The notes under the pieces: model-generated
What the model was told of the DNA's origin: nothing
The model's input: the letters and a program-made list of their open reading frames with translations, nothing else
Databases searched by the model: none
Position numbers and translations under genes: made by a program
In this document: piece after piece, positions 9,913 through 18,814 of the stretch
How the letters are laid out: the number at the start of each line of letters is the position of its first letter
How positions within the stretch are numbered: position 1 is the stretch's first letter
Assembly (NCBI GenBank): GCA_018652595.1
Contig: JABIBU010000013.1
Span: 29,043 to 93,042, forward strand
DNA: 64,000 nt
Direction of reading: 5' to 3'
DNA from: Candidatus Magasanikiibacteriota bacterium
GTDB taxonomy: Bacteria > Patescibacteriota > Patescibacteriia > Magasanikbacterales > UBA922

Positions 9913-10776
9913 TTAAACTAGCAAATTATTCCAATCAGCAACAAACTTTTCAATCCCCTTGTCTGTCAAATCGTGTTGGATGTTGTACTGCATATAATTT
10001 TTATTAAGATCCATATCTTCATAAGGTATTGGCGCCAAATCTCCTGGTTCATATTGCCAATCTTCAGAAGGTAATTCAAAATTGTTTTCTGCCCACTCAC
10101 GCAATATTTTGCCAGGCACAGTGACAAGATCAGATTCAAGCTGTAAGCAACGTAAAAAATGCTCATAACTACGCGCACTGGCCGCCAAAACCTCTACATG
10201 TCCATCCCCCGCTCTATACATTTTCAATACATTTTTTATATAACTCATACCATCCAAATCAATATCATCGAGTCGGCCAATAAATGGAGACAGGAACACC
10301 TGGCCTTTCTTAGCGCCATTTGTGGCAGCATACACTCCGGCAGCTTGACTCTGATTAAAGATAAGTGTCATGTTCACATCCACACCCTCTCTAACCAATG
10401 TTTCAGCCGCTTTTAGACCTTCAGATGTCAAAGGAAGCTTGATATGTGCACTATCTATCCAAGTATTCATCTCTCTAGCTTGTTTTAGCATTTCCTCTGC
10501 TGAAGTATTTGCATCAGCATAAACTTCAACTGAAACGGATTTACCAGGAATCAAAGCTGAAATGTCTTGAATAATCTTTTTGTATTCAGCATAAATCTCC
10601 TCTTTGGTATATTTTTCACCTTTGGAAATTTTCTCTTGAACTTCTGGGCTCTTGGCAAAAAGCGATGGATTCGTAGTTTGTCCATCAAGAAATCCTAATA
10701 AATCTAGCATCTCCTTGGTTTCTTTTGGGTCACCACTATCTAAAAAAATCTGTGTTTTTAGTCCTTCTGGTTTCAT
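9913..10776 (-). CDS. tal: Transaldolase family protein
   Basis: IFLDSGD, GQTTNPSL, IKLP, VNMTLIF, SPFIGRLDD, LAAS. Confidence 0.92.
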   Translation of the reverse strand: MKPEGLKTQIFLDSGDPKETKEMLDLLGFLDGQTTNPSLFAKSPEVQEKISKGEKYTKEEIYAEYKKIIQDISALIPGKSVSVEVYADANTSAEEMLKQAREMNTWIDSAHIKLPLTSEGLKAAETLVREGVDVNMTLIFNQSQAAGVYAATNGAKKGQVFLSPFIGRLDDIDLDGMSYIKNVLKMYRAGDGHVEVLAASARSYEHFLRCLQLESDLVTVPGKILREWAENNFELPSEDWQYEPGDLAPIPYEDMDLNKNYMQYNIQHDLTDKGIEKFVADWNNLLV

Positions 10777-10915
10777 ATTATATCTTTTTTTAATATTAAA
10801 GTGTGGGTATTATAAAGAAAATAATATACTTAGTCAACTTATCCACATTGCTTATATAATTAAAATATTATATAATACCACATAAGTATGAATTAAAATA
10901 TTTAACTAGAAAACT

Positions 10916-11506
10916 ATGGAAAAAATACACGAATGCCATCCGAGCAATCTAATTGGCAAAAAAGTTTGCGATTGTGAACTTGAGTGCTTTCACGAAAACC
11001 AAATTAAGAAGATCAAACTATCTGATTACAAAGACAAGTGGACTGTTCTTTTCTTTTACCCAGCGGACTTTACCTTTGTCTGCCCAACCGAATTAGAGGA
11101 ATTAGCTGATATGTACGAAGAATTCAAAAATATTAATACTGAAATCATCAGTGTAAGTACTGATACTGTATTTGTACACAAAGCTTGGTATGACAATTCA
11201 CCTGCCATTGGTAAAATAAAATTCCCTATGGTGGCAGATCCAACCGGCAGACTTTGTAAATCTTTAGGAACTTACATTCCAGAAGAAGGCCTATCTTGGC
11301 GTGCTACTTTTATTATTGATCCAGAAGGAAAAATAAAGGCCTATGAAATTCATAATAACGATATTGGGCGCAGTGCCAAAGAATTATTTAGGAAAATACA
11401 AGCAGCCCAGTACGTAGCTGAAAACAATGGCGAAGTCTGCCCAGCCAGATGGCAACCAGGTGACAAAACACTAACACCTGGATTAGATTTGGTTGGTAAG
11501 CTATAA
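10916..11506 (+). CDS. ahpC: 2-Cys peroxiredoxin AhpC
   Basis: FYPADFTFVCPTE and EVCPARW. Confidence 0.96.
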   Translation: MEKIHECHPSNLIGKKVCDCELECFHENQIKKIKLSDYKDKWTVLFFYPADFTFVCPTELEELADMYEEFKNINTEIISVSTDTVFVHKAWYDNSPAIGKIKFPMVADPTGRLCKSLGTYIPEEGLSWRATFIIDPEGKIKAYEIHNNDIGRSAKELFRKIQAAQYVAENNGEVCPARWQPGDKTLTPGLDLVGKL

Positions 11507-11546
11507 TCTAAATACCTACAACCTAATCAACATAAAACCTAAATCT

Positions 11547-12125
11547 ATGTTTGAACTAAGAAAACTAAATTATAGCTACGATGCGCTAGAACCGCATTTG
11601 GATGCCAAAACCATGGAAATCCATTATTCCAAGCATCACCAGGCTTACCTAGATAATTTTAATAAGGTATTAGAAAATTATCCTGAAATACAAGGCAAAT
11701 CTGCCGAAGATATTTTGCGTGAATTAAATAATTTGAAAGTATCTGATAGTGATAGAAGTAAAATTCGCAATCATGGCGGTGGATATCTAAATCACAACAT
11801 TTTCTGGGCAAGTATGTCACCAGAAAAACAAATAGATGCGGAATTAGTGAAAGAAATTGAGGAAATATTTGTTTCATTAGAAAGCTTCAAAGAACTATTT
11901 GGAAATATAGCAAAAACCCATTTCGGGGCTGGTTGGGCCTGGCTCGTACGCAATACCGAAGGAAAATTAGAAGTTTATTCCCTACCAAACCAAGATTCAC
12001 CCTACACTTTAGGACACGAACCTATTCTAAATCTAGATATTTGGGAACATGCATATTACTTGAAGTATAAAAATAAACGCGCCGATTTTGTAGATGCTTG
12101 GTGGAATGTGGTAACTGTCATTTAA
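11547..12125 (+). CDS. sodA: Fe/Mn superoxide dismutase
   Basis: HYSKHH, NHGGGYLNH, DIWEHAYY; metal specificity not certain. Confidence 0.92.
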   Translation: MFELRKLNYSYDALEPHLDAKTMEIHYSKHHQAYLDNFNKVLENYPEIQGKSAEDILRELNNLKVSDSDRSKIRNHGGGYLNHNIFWASMSPEKQIDAELVKEIEEIFVSLESFKELFGNIAKTHFGAGWAWLVRNTEGKLEVYSLPNQDSPYTLGHEPILNLDIWEHAYYLKYKNKRADFVDAWWNVVTVI

Positions 12126-12139
12126 TACAGACATCACAG

Positions 12140-12179
12140 AAAAAAAGAATTGACCAGTATATTGGCCAATTCTTTTTTT
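12140..12179. terminator. Bidirectional intrinsic terminator between convergent sod and rpoD
   Basis: A-run, GAATTGACCA/TGGCCAATTC stem, T-run. Confidence 0.75.
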
Positions 12180-12211
12180 GTATTTTATTACGTGTATCTT
12201 GTATTTTGTCA

Positions 12212-13711
12212 CTAGTAGTCTCGCAACTTACTAACTACATCAAAAGTTTGGATCTTCTCAAGTGCCTTGGCTTCAATCTGACGAATACGCTCACGAGTGA
12301 CATCAAATTCACGACCAACCTCTTCCAAAGTATGTGTAACACCATCTGTCAACCCAAAACGCATTTCCAAAATCTTTTGTTCACGTGGAGACAGATCTTT
12401 CATTGCGTCTTTTATATAATCTTTCAAAAGCTCTCTGCCAGCTGACTGTGAAGGACTGACTGTCTTTATGTCTTCGATAAAATCGGAAAGTGATGAATCA
12501 TCATCGTCATCATCCCCCACCGAGACCTCTAGAGAGACAGTATCTTGGGCTATCTTTATAATATGTTTGATTTTTACTATATCTTCACTCATCTCAGCGG
12601 CAAGCTCTTCTGGTGTAGGGTCGCGACCCAAATCCTGCAACAATCTACGCTGTGTTTGCTGAAAACGATTGATAGTCTCCACCATATGTACTGGAATACG
12701 AATTGTACGAGACTGATCTGCAAGAGCACGGGTAATGGCTTGGCGAATCCACCATGTAGCATAAGTAGAAAATTTGTAACCCTTTCGATAATCAAATTTC
12801 TTTACAGCACGAAACAAACCAATATTACCCTCTTGTATCAAATCAAGAAGGGAAAGTTGTTTACCAACAAACTTCTTTGCAATAGAAACAACTAAACGCA
12901 AGTTAGCCTCAATAAGCTTTCTATCAGCCGCTTTATCACCTCTTTCTTTGCGCTTGGCCAAAGAAACCTCTTGTTCAGCAGTAAGCAATGGAATCTTACC
13001 AATCTCACGCAAATACATTTGGATAGAATCCTGTGAAATAGAACCTAGATCAAAACCGCCACCCTGGGCAACGTCTGGTTGCTCACCTTGAAATTGCTCT
13101 AAAATTTCCCTTTTTTCTTCCACTCGCCCCAACAAACCTTCTTTTACTTCTACAACCGAAACACCAGCCTTATCAAGAGTAGTCAAGAAAGACTGAATCA
13201 ATTCTAAATGATATTCCACTCTAGGAAATAGCTGTAATATTTCAATTTCAGTCAAAAATCCTCTGTTTCTACCCTTGTCCACCAAATGCCAAAGTCTTTC
13301 CATACTAGGCTCTTCTATAACTTCTTCTGGAACTACAAAACCAGCCTTGGTTGTTTTTGGCTGTTTTTTTGGTGGTCTGCCCGATCTAACCTTGGCGGTC
13401 GAGGACCTACCCGCTTTAGACCTACGCACTGTAGATTTTACAGGTTTTTTTGTTATTTTCTTTTTTACCACTTTTTTCTTAGTGGCAACTTTTTTGGTAG
13501 TCCGTTTTAATGGCTTACGGACAGAGGTTTTTTTGGCACGAAGTTTTTTTATCGCAACCTTTTTTCTAGTAGTAGCTTTTCGAGCTACTTTCTTTACCAC
13601 TACTTTTTTTCGTGGCTTAGCTACTGGCTTTTTCTTGCTAGCAACTTTTTTTTGAGTTGTCTTCTTCTTGGCCACCTTAGCTTTTGAAGATACGGCTTTT
13701 TTTCTAGGCAT
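12212..13711 (-). CDS. rpoD: Primary sigma factor with a Lys/Arg-rich N-terminal extension
   Basis: [45 protein letters not shown]. Confidence 0.96.
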   Translation of the reverse strand: MPRKKAVSSKAKVAKKKTTQKKVASKKKPVAKPRKKVVVKKVARKATTRKKVAIKKLRAKKTSVRKPLKRTTKKVATKKKVVKKKITKKPVKSTVRRSKAGRSSTAKVRSGRPPKKQPKTTKAGFVVPEEVIEEPSMERLWHLVDKGRNRGFLTEIEILQLFPRVEYHLELIQSFLTTLDKAGVSVVEVKEGLLGRVEEKREILEQFQGEQPDVAQGGGFDLGSISQDSIQMYLREIGKIPLLTAEQEVSLAKRKERGDKAADRKLIEANLRLVVSIAKKFVGKQLSLLDLIQEGNIGLFRAVKKFDYRKGYKFSTYATWWIRQAITRALADQSRTIRIPVHMVETINRFQQTQRRLLQDLGRDPTPEELAAEMSEDIVKIKHIIKIAQDTVSLEVSVGDDDDDDSSLSDFIEDIKTVSPSQSAGRELLKDYIKDAMKDLSPREQKILEMRFGLTDGVTHTLEEVGREFDVTRERIRQIEAKALEKIQTFDVVSKLRDY

Positions 13712-13802
13712 GTAAAAAATTATTGCCTTATTATTCTTAATATTAGGATATTGGTACCTGCCTGCCGGCAGGAATTCGGATAAAATTCGTAAATTAGGAG
13801 TA

Positions 13803-15611
13803 TTATATCTTACTAAATTCTTCTGACAATTCTTTTAGTTTATCCTTATCCTTATTTCTTTCTGCTTTTTCAATCTCTGTTTGAATTTTCATCCTTCTTT
13901 TTTTCTTCCATTCCTCTGTGGCCTCAAAATACAAACTATCAAATTCTTTCTTTTCTGTACCCGTCCTCAAATCCGAAAATTCCCAGTCAGCCTTAAGTAA
14001 AAGAATATCGACTGGGTTCTCTTTTCCTTCGACAGAAAATTCCTGCCTTACTTTTTCTATATAGTTCTTACCGTCTTTAGTATACTCTTTTTTTATAACT
14101 TCGTAAAGGGCATTAAATTCGTCTGTTGATAAGATTTTTGCTTTATCCCCCGCGATAAAATCGGGTATTAGGCTGTCGAATTTGAAAATAAGACAAAATA
14201 ACCTTTCTAAGAGTAGATCGAGTCTATCTTTTTTGGTCTTAGTACTGCTTACTTTCTCATCTTTGGTCTCTGCTTTTGTATCCACCACCTTCAGCTTTTT
14301 CATTGTTTTAGTCTTTACTCGCAACATATCTTCGCGCAATACCGATACATCCACACCGATTCTACCCGAAAGCTCTCTTAGCCAATGATCTTTTTCTACG
14401 GCATAAGGAATTAGTGCTATTTCTGGTAAAATAGCATCGGCTACCTTTTGTTTTTGCTTATGATCTGACAAATCTATACCTAAAATATTTTTATCAAAAA
14501 ACCATTCCATCACATCCTGAGCATTTTTTACAGAATTAAACCAAACATCTGAATTTTTCTTCAAGCATTCGTCTGGATCCTTTCCTGCACCTTCTGGGAT
14601 TCTTATTACTTTTACTCTCATGCCTTCAATTAGAGCGATATCAATACCTCTTTTTGCTGCATTTTGTCCAGCTTCATCAGCGTCAAAAGCCATGTTTATA
14701 TTAGTAGAATAACGCTTCAACAATTTTACTTGCATTTCTGTAAGCGCTGTACCACTAGACGCAACTACATTTTTCATTCCAGCCTGACTACAGGCTACCA
14801 CATCCATTTGGCCCTCCACCATTACAATTAGATCTTGTGATTTTATATCTTTTTTTGCTTTATTTAGACCGTATATAATATTTGACTTGTCATAAATAAT
14901 TGTCTGTGGAGTATTTACATATTTACCGCCAGATCTATCTGTCTCTACCAAAACACGCCCTGTAAAACCCACCGCATCACCATGCACATTCCAAATTGGA
15001 AACATAATACGACCACGAAACCTATCATAAAAACCTTTACCACTTTGGGAATTGGCACCATCGCGTTTAATTGTTAGACCAGACGCAACCAAATCATCGA
15101 TACTAAAACCTTTTTTTAATAAATATTGTGTTAACAAATCCCATTGTTCTGGTACAAAACCTATTTTCCACTCCTCAATGGTCTCTTCTTTCAATCCCCT
15201 ATCTTTCAAATAATCCAATGCTAATTTTGAAGCCGGCATCTTTAAAAGAAAATTATGAAAAAATCTAGCAGCCTCGCCATTAATTTCTTTTAGACGATTT
15301 TTTTGACTAGAGTCGACATCTGATCTAAAAGTAGTAAGTTGGATACCAGCTCTATCGGCCAAATACTTTAGAGCTTCCTTGAAATCCATACCCTCTATTT
15401 CTTCCACGAAACTAAATATATCTCCGCCCTTGCCACAACCAAAACAATGCCAATTCTGACGTTCAGCATTTACCATAAAAGATGGGCTTTTTTCATTATG
15501 AAAAGGGCAAAGACCCTTTTTATTCACCCCAGACTGCTTTAGTTGGACATATTCCCCTACTAGCTCAGCCACATCTATTTTGTCCTTTATTTGTTGTACC
15601 TCATCTCCCAT
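13803..15611 (-). CDS. dnaG: DNA primase
   Basis: [15 protein letters not shown] zinc ribbon, [20 protein letters not shown]. Confidence 0.97.
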   Translation of the reverse strand: MGDEVQQIKDKIDVAELVGEYVQLKQSGVNKKGLCPFHNEKSPSFMVNAERQNWHCFGCGKGGDIFSFVEEIEGMDFKEALKYLADRAGIQLTTFRSDVDSSQKNRLKEINGEAARFFHNFLLKMPASKLALDYLKDRGLKEETIEEWKIGFVPEQWDLLTQYLLKKGFSIDDLVASGLTIKRDGANSQSGKGFYDRFRGRIMFPIWNVHGDAVGFTGRVLVETDRSGGKYVNTPQTIIYDKSNIIYGLNKAKKDIKSQDLIVMVEGQMDVVACSQAGMKNVVASSGTALTEMQVKLLKRYSTNINMAFDADEAGQNAAKRGIDIALIEGMRVKVIRIPEGAGKDPDECLKKNSDVWFNSVKNAQDVMEWFFDKNILGIDLSDHKQKQKVADAILPEIALIPYAVEKDHWLRELSGRIGVDVSVLREDMLRVKTKTMKKLKVVDTKAETKDEKVSSTKTKKDRLDLLLERLFCLIFKFDSLIPDFIAGDKAKILSTDEFNALYEVIKKEYTKDGKNYIEKVRQEFSVEGKENPVDILLLKADWEFSDLRTGTEKKEFDSLYFEATEEWKKKRRMKIQTEIEKAERNKDKDKLKELSEEFSKI

Positions 15612-15701
15612 ATATGCTCATATTACCTTATTTGATACAAAAAGGCAAGAGACAAAAAAACTCTGCAAAAGCAGGTTTTTTCATTGGCTATTCATTAATT
15701 T

Positions 15702-17135
15702 TTATCCAAACTTTACGTCCTCATCACCAGACATATAGCCGGCGTCAGTCTTATAACCTTCTGTTTTTTTCTTTTCTTTTAGTGTCGGGATTTCGGGCTC
15801 AAAAAGATCTGCGATAAATTCAACTGGCAAACCAGATGGAGGCTCTGCAGCCTTTGCTTGGGATTTTTGCAATAGTGGAGTTTTTACATGTGACATCGGA
15901 AAGTGCCATACAGTGGCCAACTCTTCTGTATTTAAGATAAAAGGATTACTTCCAACTTTCAATTTACGTTTTTTATAAGCTTTCATTAATAAATTCTTTC
16001 GATAGATTGTGCGCCTTTCTTTCATAAAATAGGACACACTAATACCAAAATTTGGCACGATGGAATTGGAGCTGGGTACATTAAATTGATTAATAGCACC
16101 GATCATAGCATTGACCCCTCTCTCTGGACGAAAAACTTCTTTACGAGCTAAATATACTCCGCGCATTTTAGTTTTAAAACCAATCTTGCTAATTTTTTCT
16201 TCCATACCTGCTATCAATTTTGATTGCCCTGGTGTTATATCTAACATGTTTTTCTTTGCTTTCTCCTTGGCAGAGCCATCTTCTCCCTCAGACACTGGGG
16301 CACCTAATAATTGAGAATTTAATTCATCCCAACTTTTTCCCAATTCTTCAAACCTAAATGCTGAAAAAACACCTTTAGAACTAGAATCATCACCCATCAT
16401 CTCTCTAATTTTCTTTATTGCTTTTTCTTTCCAATCATTAGAGGTTGGTTCGATAATAATCTGAAACCACATCTGCTCACCTGAACCAATTCTAGAAAAA
16501 CTTTCCAAAAATGTTCCCATTGGATCTTTCAAAACAGTATCCTTGGAAATACTATGTTCGAATTCACTATAAAACCTAATCGGATAAGCATCGTTCTCGG
16601 CCAAGCCAAAATCAGATGCCCAAATATCATAATCTTTATCAGGAAATTTATCTGGAACACCAAATGTATAATCCTCTACCTCGACAACCTCGGCCTCTGG
16701 ATATTGAGCATATACAGATGTTTCGACTAGATCGCGGAATTTTTCTTCAGTTCTAATTAAAAATTGAATATAACCCTCAATACTGATAATTTCCAAACTA
16801 AACCAGCGTTGCTTATAGCCACCGCGAAAAGCATTTGCAATGTCTGGTTGGTCAAACGCACCAGCCAGATGTGCAAACATCTGCTCTACAGCCTTTGGAG
16901 TTTGGATATTCAGAGCTGGTATGTCTATTGCCAATACTACCCACTTCCAATCTGCCGTGTATTTATTTTCTCTATACTCTTGGTAAAAATTAATAGCAAC
17001 TGTCAAAAATAAACTAGAAATTATCACCCAACCAAACATCACAAACAAGCCTGCAATTATTTCCCAGGTACCTTGAGCAAAAAAATCTGAGATTCCCTCA
17101 AAACCCAAATTAATTGAATAAAATCCAAAATCCAT
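15702..17135 (-). CDS. Conserved CPR-type membrane-anchored protein, usually partner or N-terminal module of a DUF87 ATPase
   Basis: Single TM; FSLEI, AQYPEAE, LNTEELATVWHFP motifs. Confidence 0.75.
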   Translation of the reverse strand: MDFGFYSINLGFEGISDFFAQGTWEIIAGLFVMFGWVIISSLFLTVAINFYQEYRENKYTADWKWVVLAIDIPALNIQTPKAVEQMFAHLAGAFDQPDIANAFRGGYKQRWFSLEIISIEGYIQFLIRTEEKFRDLVETSVYAQYPEAEVVEVEDYTFGVPDKFPDKDYDIWASDFGLAENDAYPIRFYSEFEHSISKDTVLKDPMGTFLESFSRIGSGEQMWFQIIIEPTSNDWKEKAIKKIREMMGDDSSSKGVFSAFRFEELGKSWDELNSQLLGAPVSEGEDGSAKEKAKKNMLDITPGQSKLIAGMEEKISKIGFKTKMRGVYLARKEVFRPERGVNAMIGAINQFNVPSSNSIVPNFGISVSYFMKERRTIYRKNLLMKAYKKRKLKVGSNPFILNTEELATVWHFPMSHVKTPLLQKSQAKAAEPPSGLPVEFIADLFEPEIPTLKEKKKTEGYKTDAGYMSGDEDVKFG

Positions 17136-17138
17136 ATA

Positions 17139-17300
17139 CTAGGCTTCAACTAATTTATAAATCACAGCGTAGATTACTATCACACCCAGAGCCGTCCACC
17201 ACCAGCCAGATTTTCCAGAAGCATAACCAGACCACCAAGCCAGCATGCACACAGACATACCAAGAAATGAAACAAGGTGACGAATAAATTTATCAGACAT
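17139..17300 (-). CDS. Small two-TM protein (53 aa)
   Basis: MSDKFIRHLVSFLG...WWWTALGVIVIY; tightly spaced to the next gene. Confidence 0.7.
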   Translation of the reverse strand: MSDKFIRHLVSFLGMSVCMLAWWSGYASGKSGWWWTALGVIVIYAVIYKLVEA

Positions 17301-17304
17301 AATA

Positions 17305-17349
17305 AAAATGCTTAAAATGCCAAAAAAGCTTGAAACGCTCAAAAGGCTA
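17305..17349. repeat. Degenerate 9-nt tandem array downstream of four-helix-bundle gene 2
   Basis: AAAATGCTT AAAATGCCA AAAAAGCTT GAAACGCTC AAAAGGCTA. Confidence 0.85.
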
Positions 17350-17700
17350 TCTCTCTAATGATTTTATTAATTTATAAAGTAAGTATCCAACTTCTCCTCT
17401 TTTATTTTCTATAAAATCAAATTGTTCTCGATTGATTATCTCTAATTCTTTTGTTAGTTCGAAATAACATTGACATTCGTTTAATGAACCTTTTGAAATA
17501 TATAAAAATTTTAAAAAATCTTTATCAGTTGGTTTTCCTCTTCCTTCTACTATATTTGCCATTACCGATACAGAGGATCTTCTCAATTGACTAGTTAAGC
17601 CACACAGTTCATCTTTCGGAAAAAGCTTGGTTAATTTATATACAAGTTTTACAAATTCCAAAGATCTTTCCCAAACCAATAGCTTATGATAATCTTGCAT
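17347..17700 (-). CDS. Four-helix-bundle protein (23S rRNA IVP / bAvd-like family)
   Basis: LLVWERS..VYKLTKLFPKDELCGLTSQLRRSSVSVMANIVEG..FLYISKGSLNE; SD AAGGAGGT before ATG 17700. Confidence 0.92.
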   Translation of the reverse strand: MQDYHKLLVWERSLEFVKLVYKLTKLFPKDELCGLTSQLRRSSVSVMANIVEGRGKPTDKDFLKFLYISKGSLNECQCYFELTKELEIINREQFDFIENKRGEVGYLLYKLIKSLER

Positions 17701-17725
17701 ATACCTCCTTTTATATGTGGATTTC

Positions 17726-17762
17726 AAGCCTTTTGAGCATTTCCATCTTTTCAGGCTTTTCT
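17726..17762. repeat. Degenerate 9-nt tandem array upstream of four-helix-bundle gene 2, inverted relative to 17305-17349
   Basis: AGCCTTTTG AGCATTTCC ATCTTTTCA GGCTTTTCT. Confidence 0.8.
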
Positions 17763-17778
17763 ATAGTATACCATAATT

Positions 17779-17800
17779 AAAAAACCCCCGAAAGGGGGTC
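17779..17800 (-). terminator. Intrinsic terminator after secF
   Basis: ACCCCC-TTTC-GGGGGT stem followed by a T-run on the minus strand. Confidence 0.8.
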
Positions 17801-17820
17801 GTGTAAAATATGTGCAAAAA

Positions 17821-18813
17821 TTACTTTCTTCTATGAGTTAATTCTTCCCAAACAACTAGCAGTGGGCTTGCCAAGAATATTGAAGAATATGTACCAGATG
17901 CAATACCGACTATTAGAGCTAGTGCGAAATACTTGATTGATTCACCACCAAACAAGAACAATGAGAATAATACAACTAGAGTGGTTACAGAAGTATTAAT
18001 AGAACGAAGTATTGTTTGATTTACACCCAAGTTTACCATCTCTGCAAATTTATCGGCGCTACGCTTGATCAGATTTTCACGAACACGATCAAATACTACG
18101 ATTGTATCATTTACAGAATAACCAAGAATTGTAAGCAGGGCCACCACAAAAGGAATTCCAATTTCCACATTCAAATATTTTCCAAGTAAGACGAAAATAC
18201 CCATAGTAAGAGTAACGTCGTGAATTAGTGCAATAACAGCTGAAATACCATATTTCCAAGACTTAACTGGCTTGGAGACCTTTCGAAAAGCGTAGGCCAC
18301 ATAAACAATAATAGCTATAACAACAGCAATTACAGCATATATAGCACGGCTCTTTAGTTGCGCACTGATAGCCGGTCCGATTGTTTCAATTCTTTCTTCC
18401 CAAACTTTGTTCTCTATTGCAAGTTCCACATCTGCAATATCTACACCCTCCTCCAATCCTTCACTTTCCAAAATAACAATCTCTTCGCTGGGAGATGTCT
18501 CAAAACTTTTTCTTAGATTGCTTAGAACTTCTTGGTGTTCATCCTCTCCCATGTACTGCACCCTGATGATCATTCCTTTTTCTCCTGTGGGCTGAATTAC
18601 TGGCTCACCAAGTCCTAAATCTAATTGACCCAGACTTTCCTTTACTTGATCAATTGTTGGGCGCTCACTGCTAAATGTTATCTCCATTAGAGAACCACCA
18701 GTAAAATCAATACCCGGGCGTAAGCCTATAGTAAAAATCAATATCAGACTAACAACAAATAGTACACTGGAAATTACAAATGGAACTTTTTTATACTTTA
18801 TTAAGTTAATCAT
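17821..18813 (-). CDS. secF: Protein translocase subunit SecF
   Basis: GIDFTGG, ALIHDV, GYSVNDTIVVFDRVREN, RSINTS. Confidence 0.97.
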   Translation of the reverse strand: MINLIKYKKVPFVISSVLFVVSLILIFTIGLRPGIDFTGGSLMEITFSSERPTIDQVKESLGQLDLGLGEPVIQPTGEKGMIIRVQYMGEDEHQEVLSNLRKSFETSPSEEIVILESEGLEEGVDIADVELAIENKVWEERIETIGPAISAQLKSRAIYAVIAVVIAIIVYVAYAFRKVSKPVKSWKYGISAVIALIHDVTLTMGIFVLLGKYLNVEIGIPFVVALLTILGYSVNDTIVVFDRVRENLIKRSADKFAEMVNLGVNQTILRSINTSVTTLVVLFSLFLFGGESIKYFALALIVGIASGTYSSIFLASPLLVVWEELTHRRK

Positions 18814-18814
18814 A

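Noticed and set aside
2222-17700. Diversity-generating retroelement suggested by Avd-like genes
   Set aside because: No reverse transcriptase and no TR/VR pair with adenine-specific mismatches seen. The cls duplication differs at non-A positions too.
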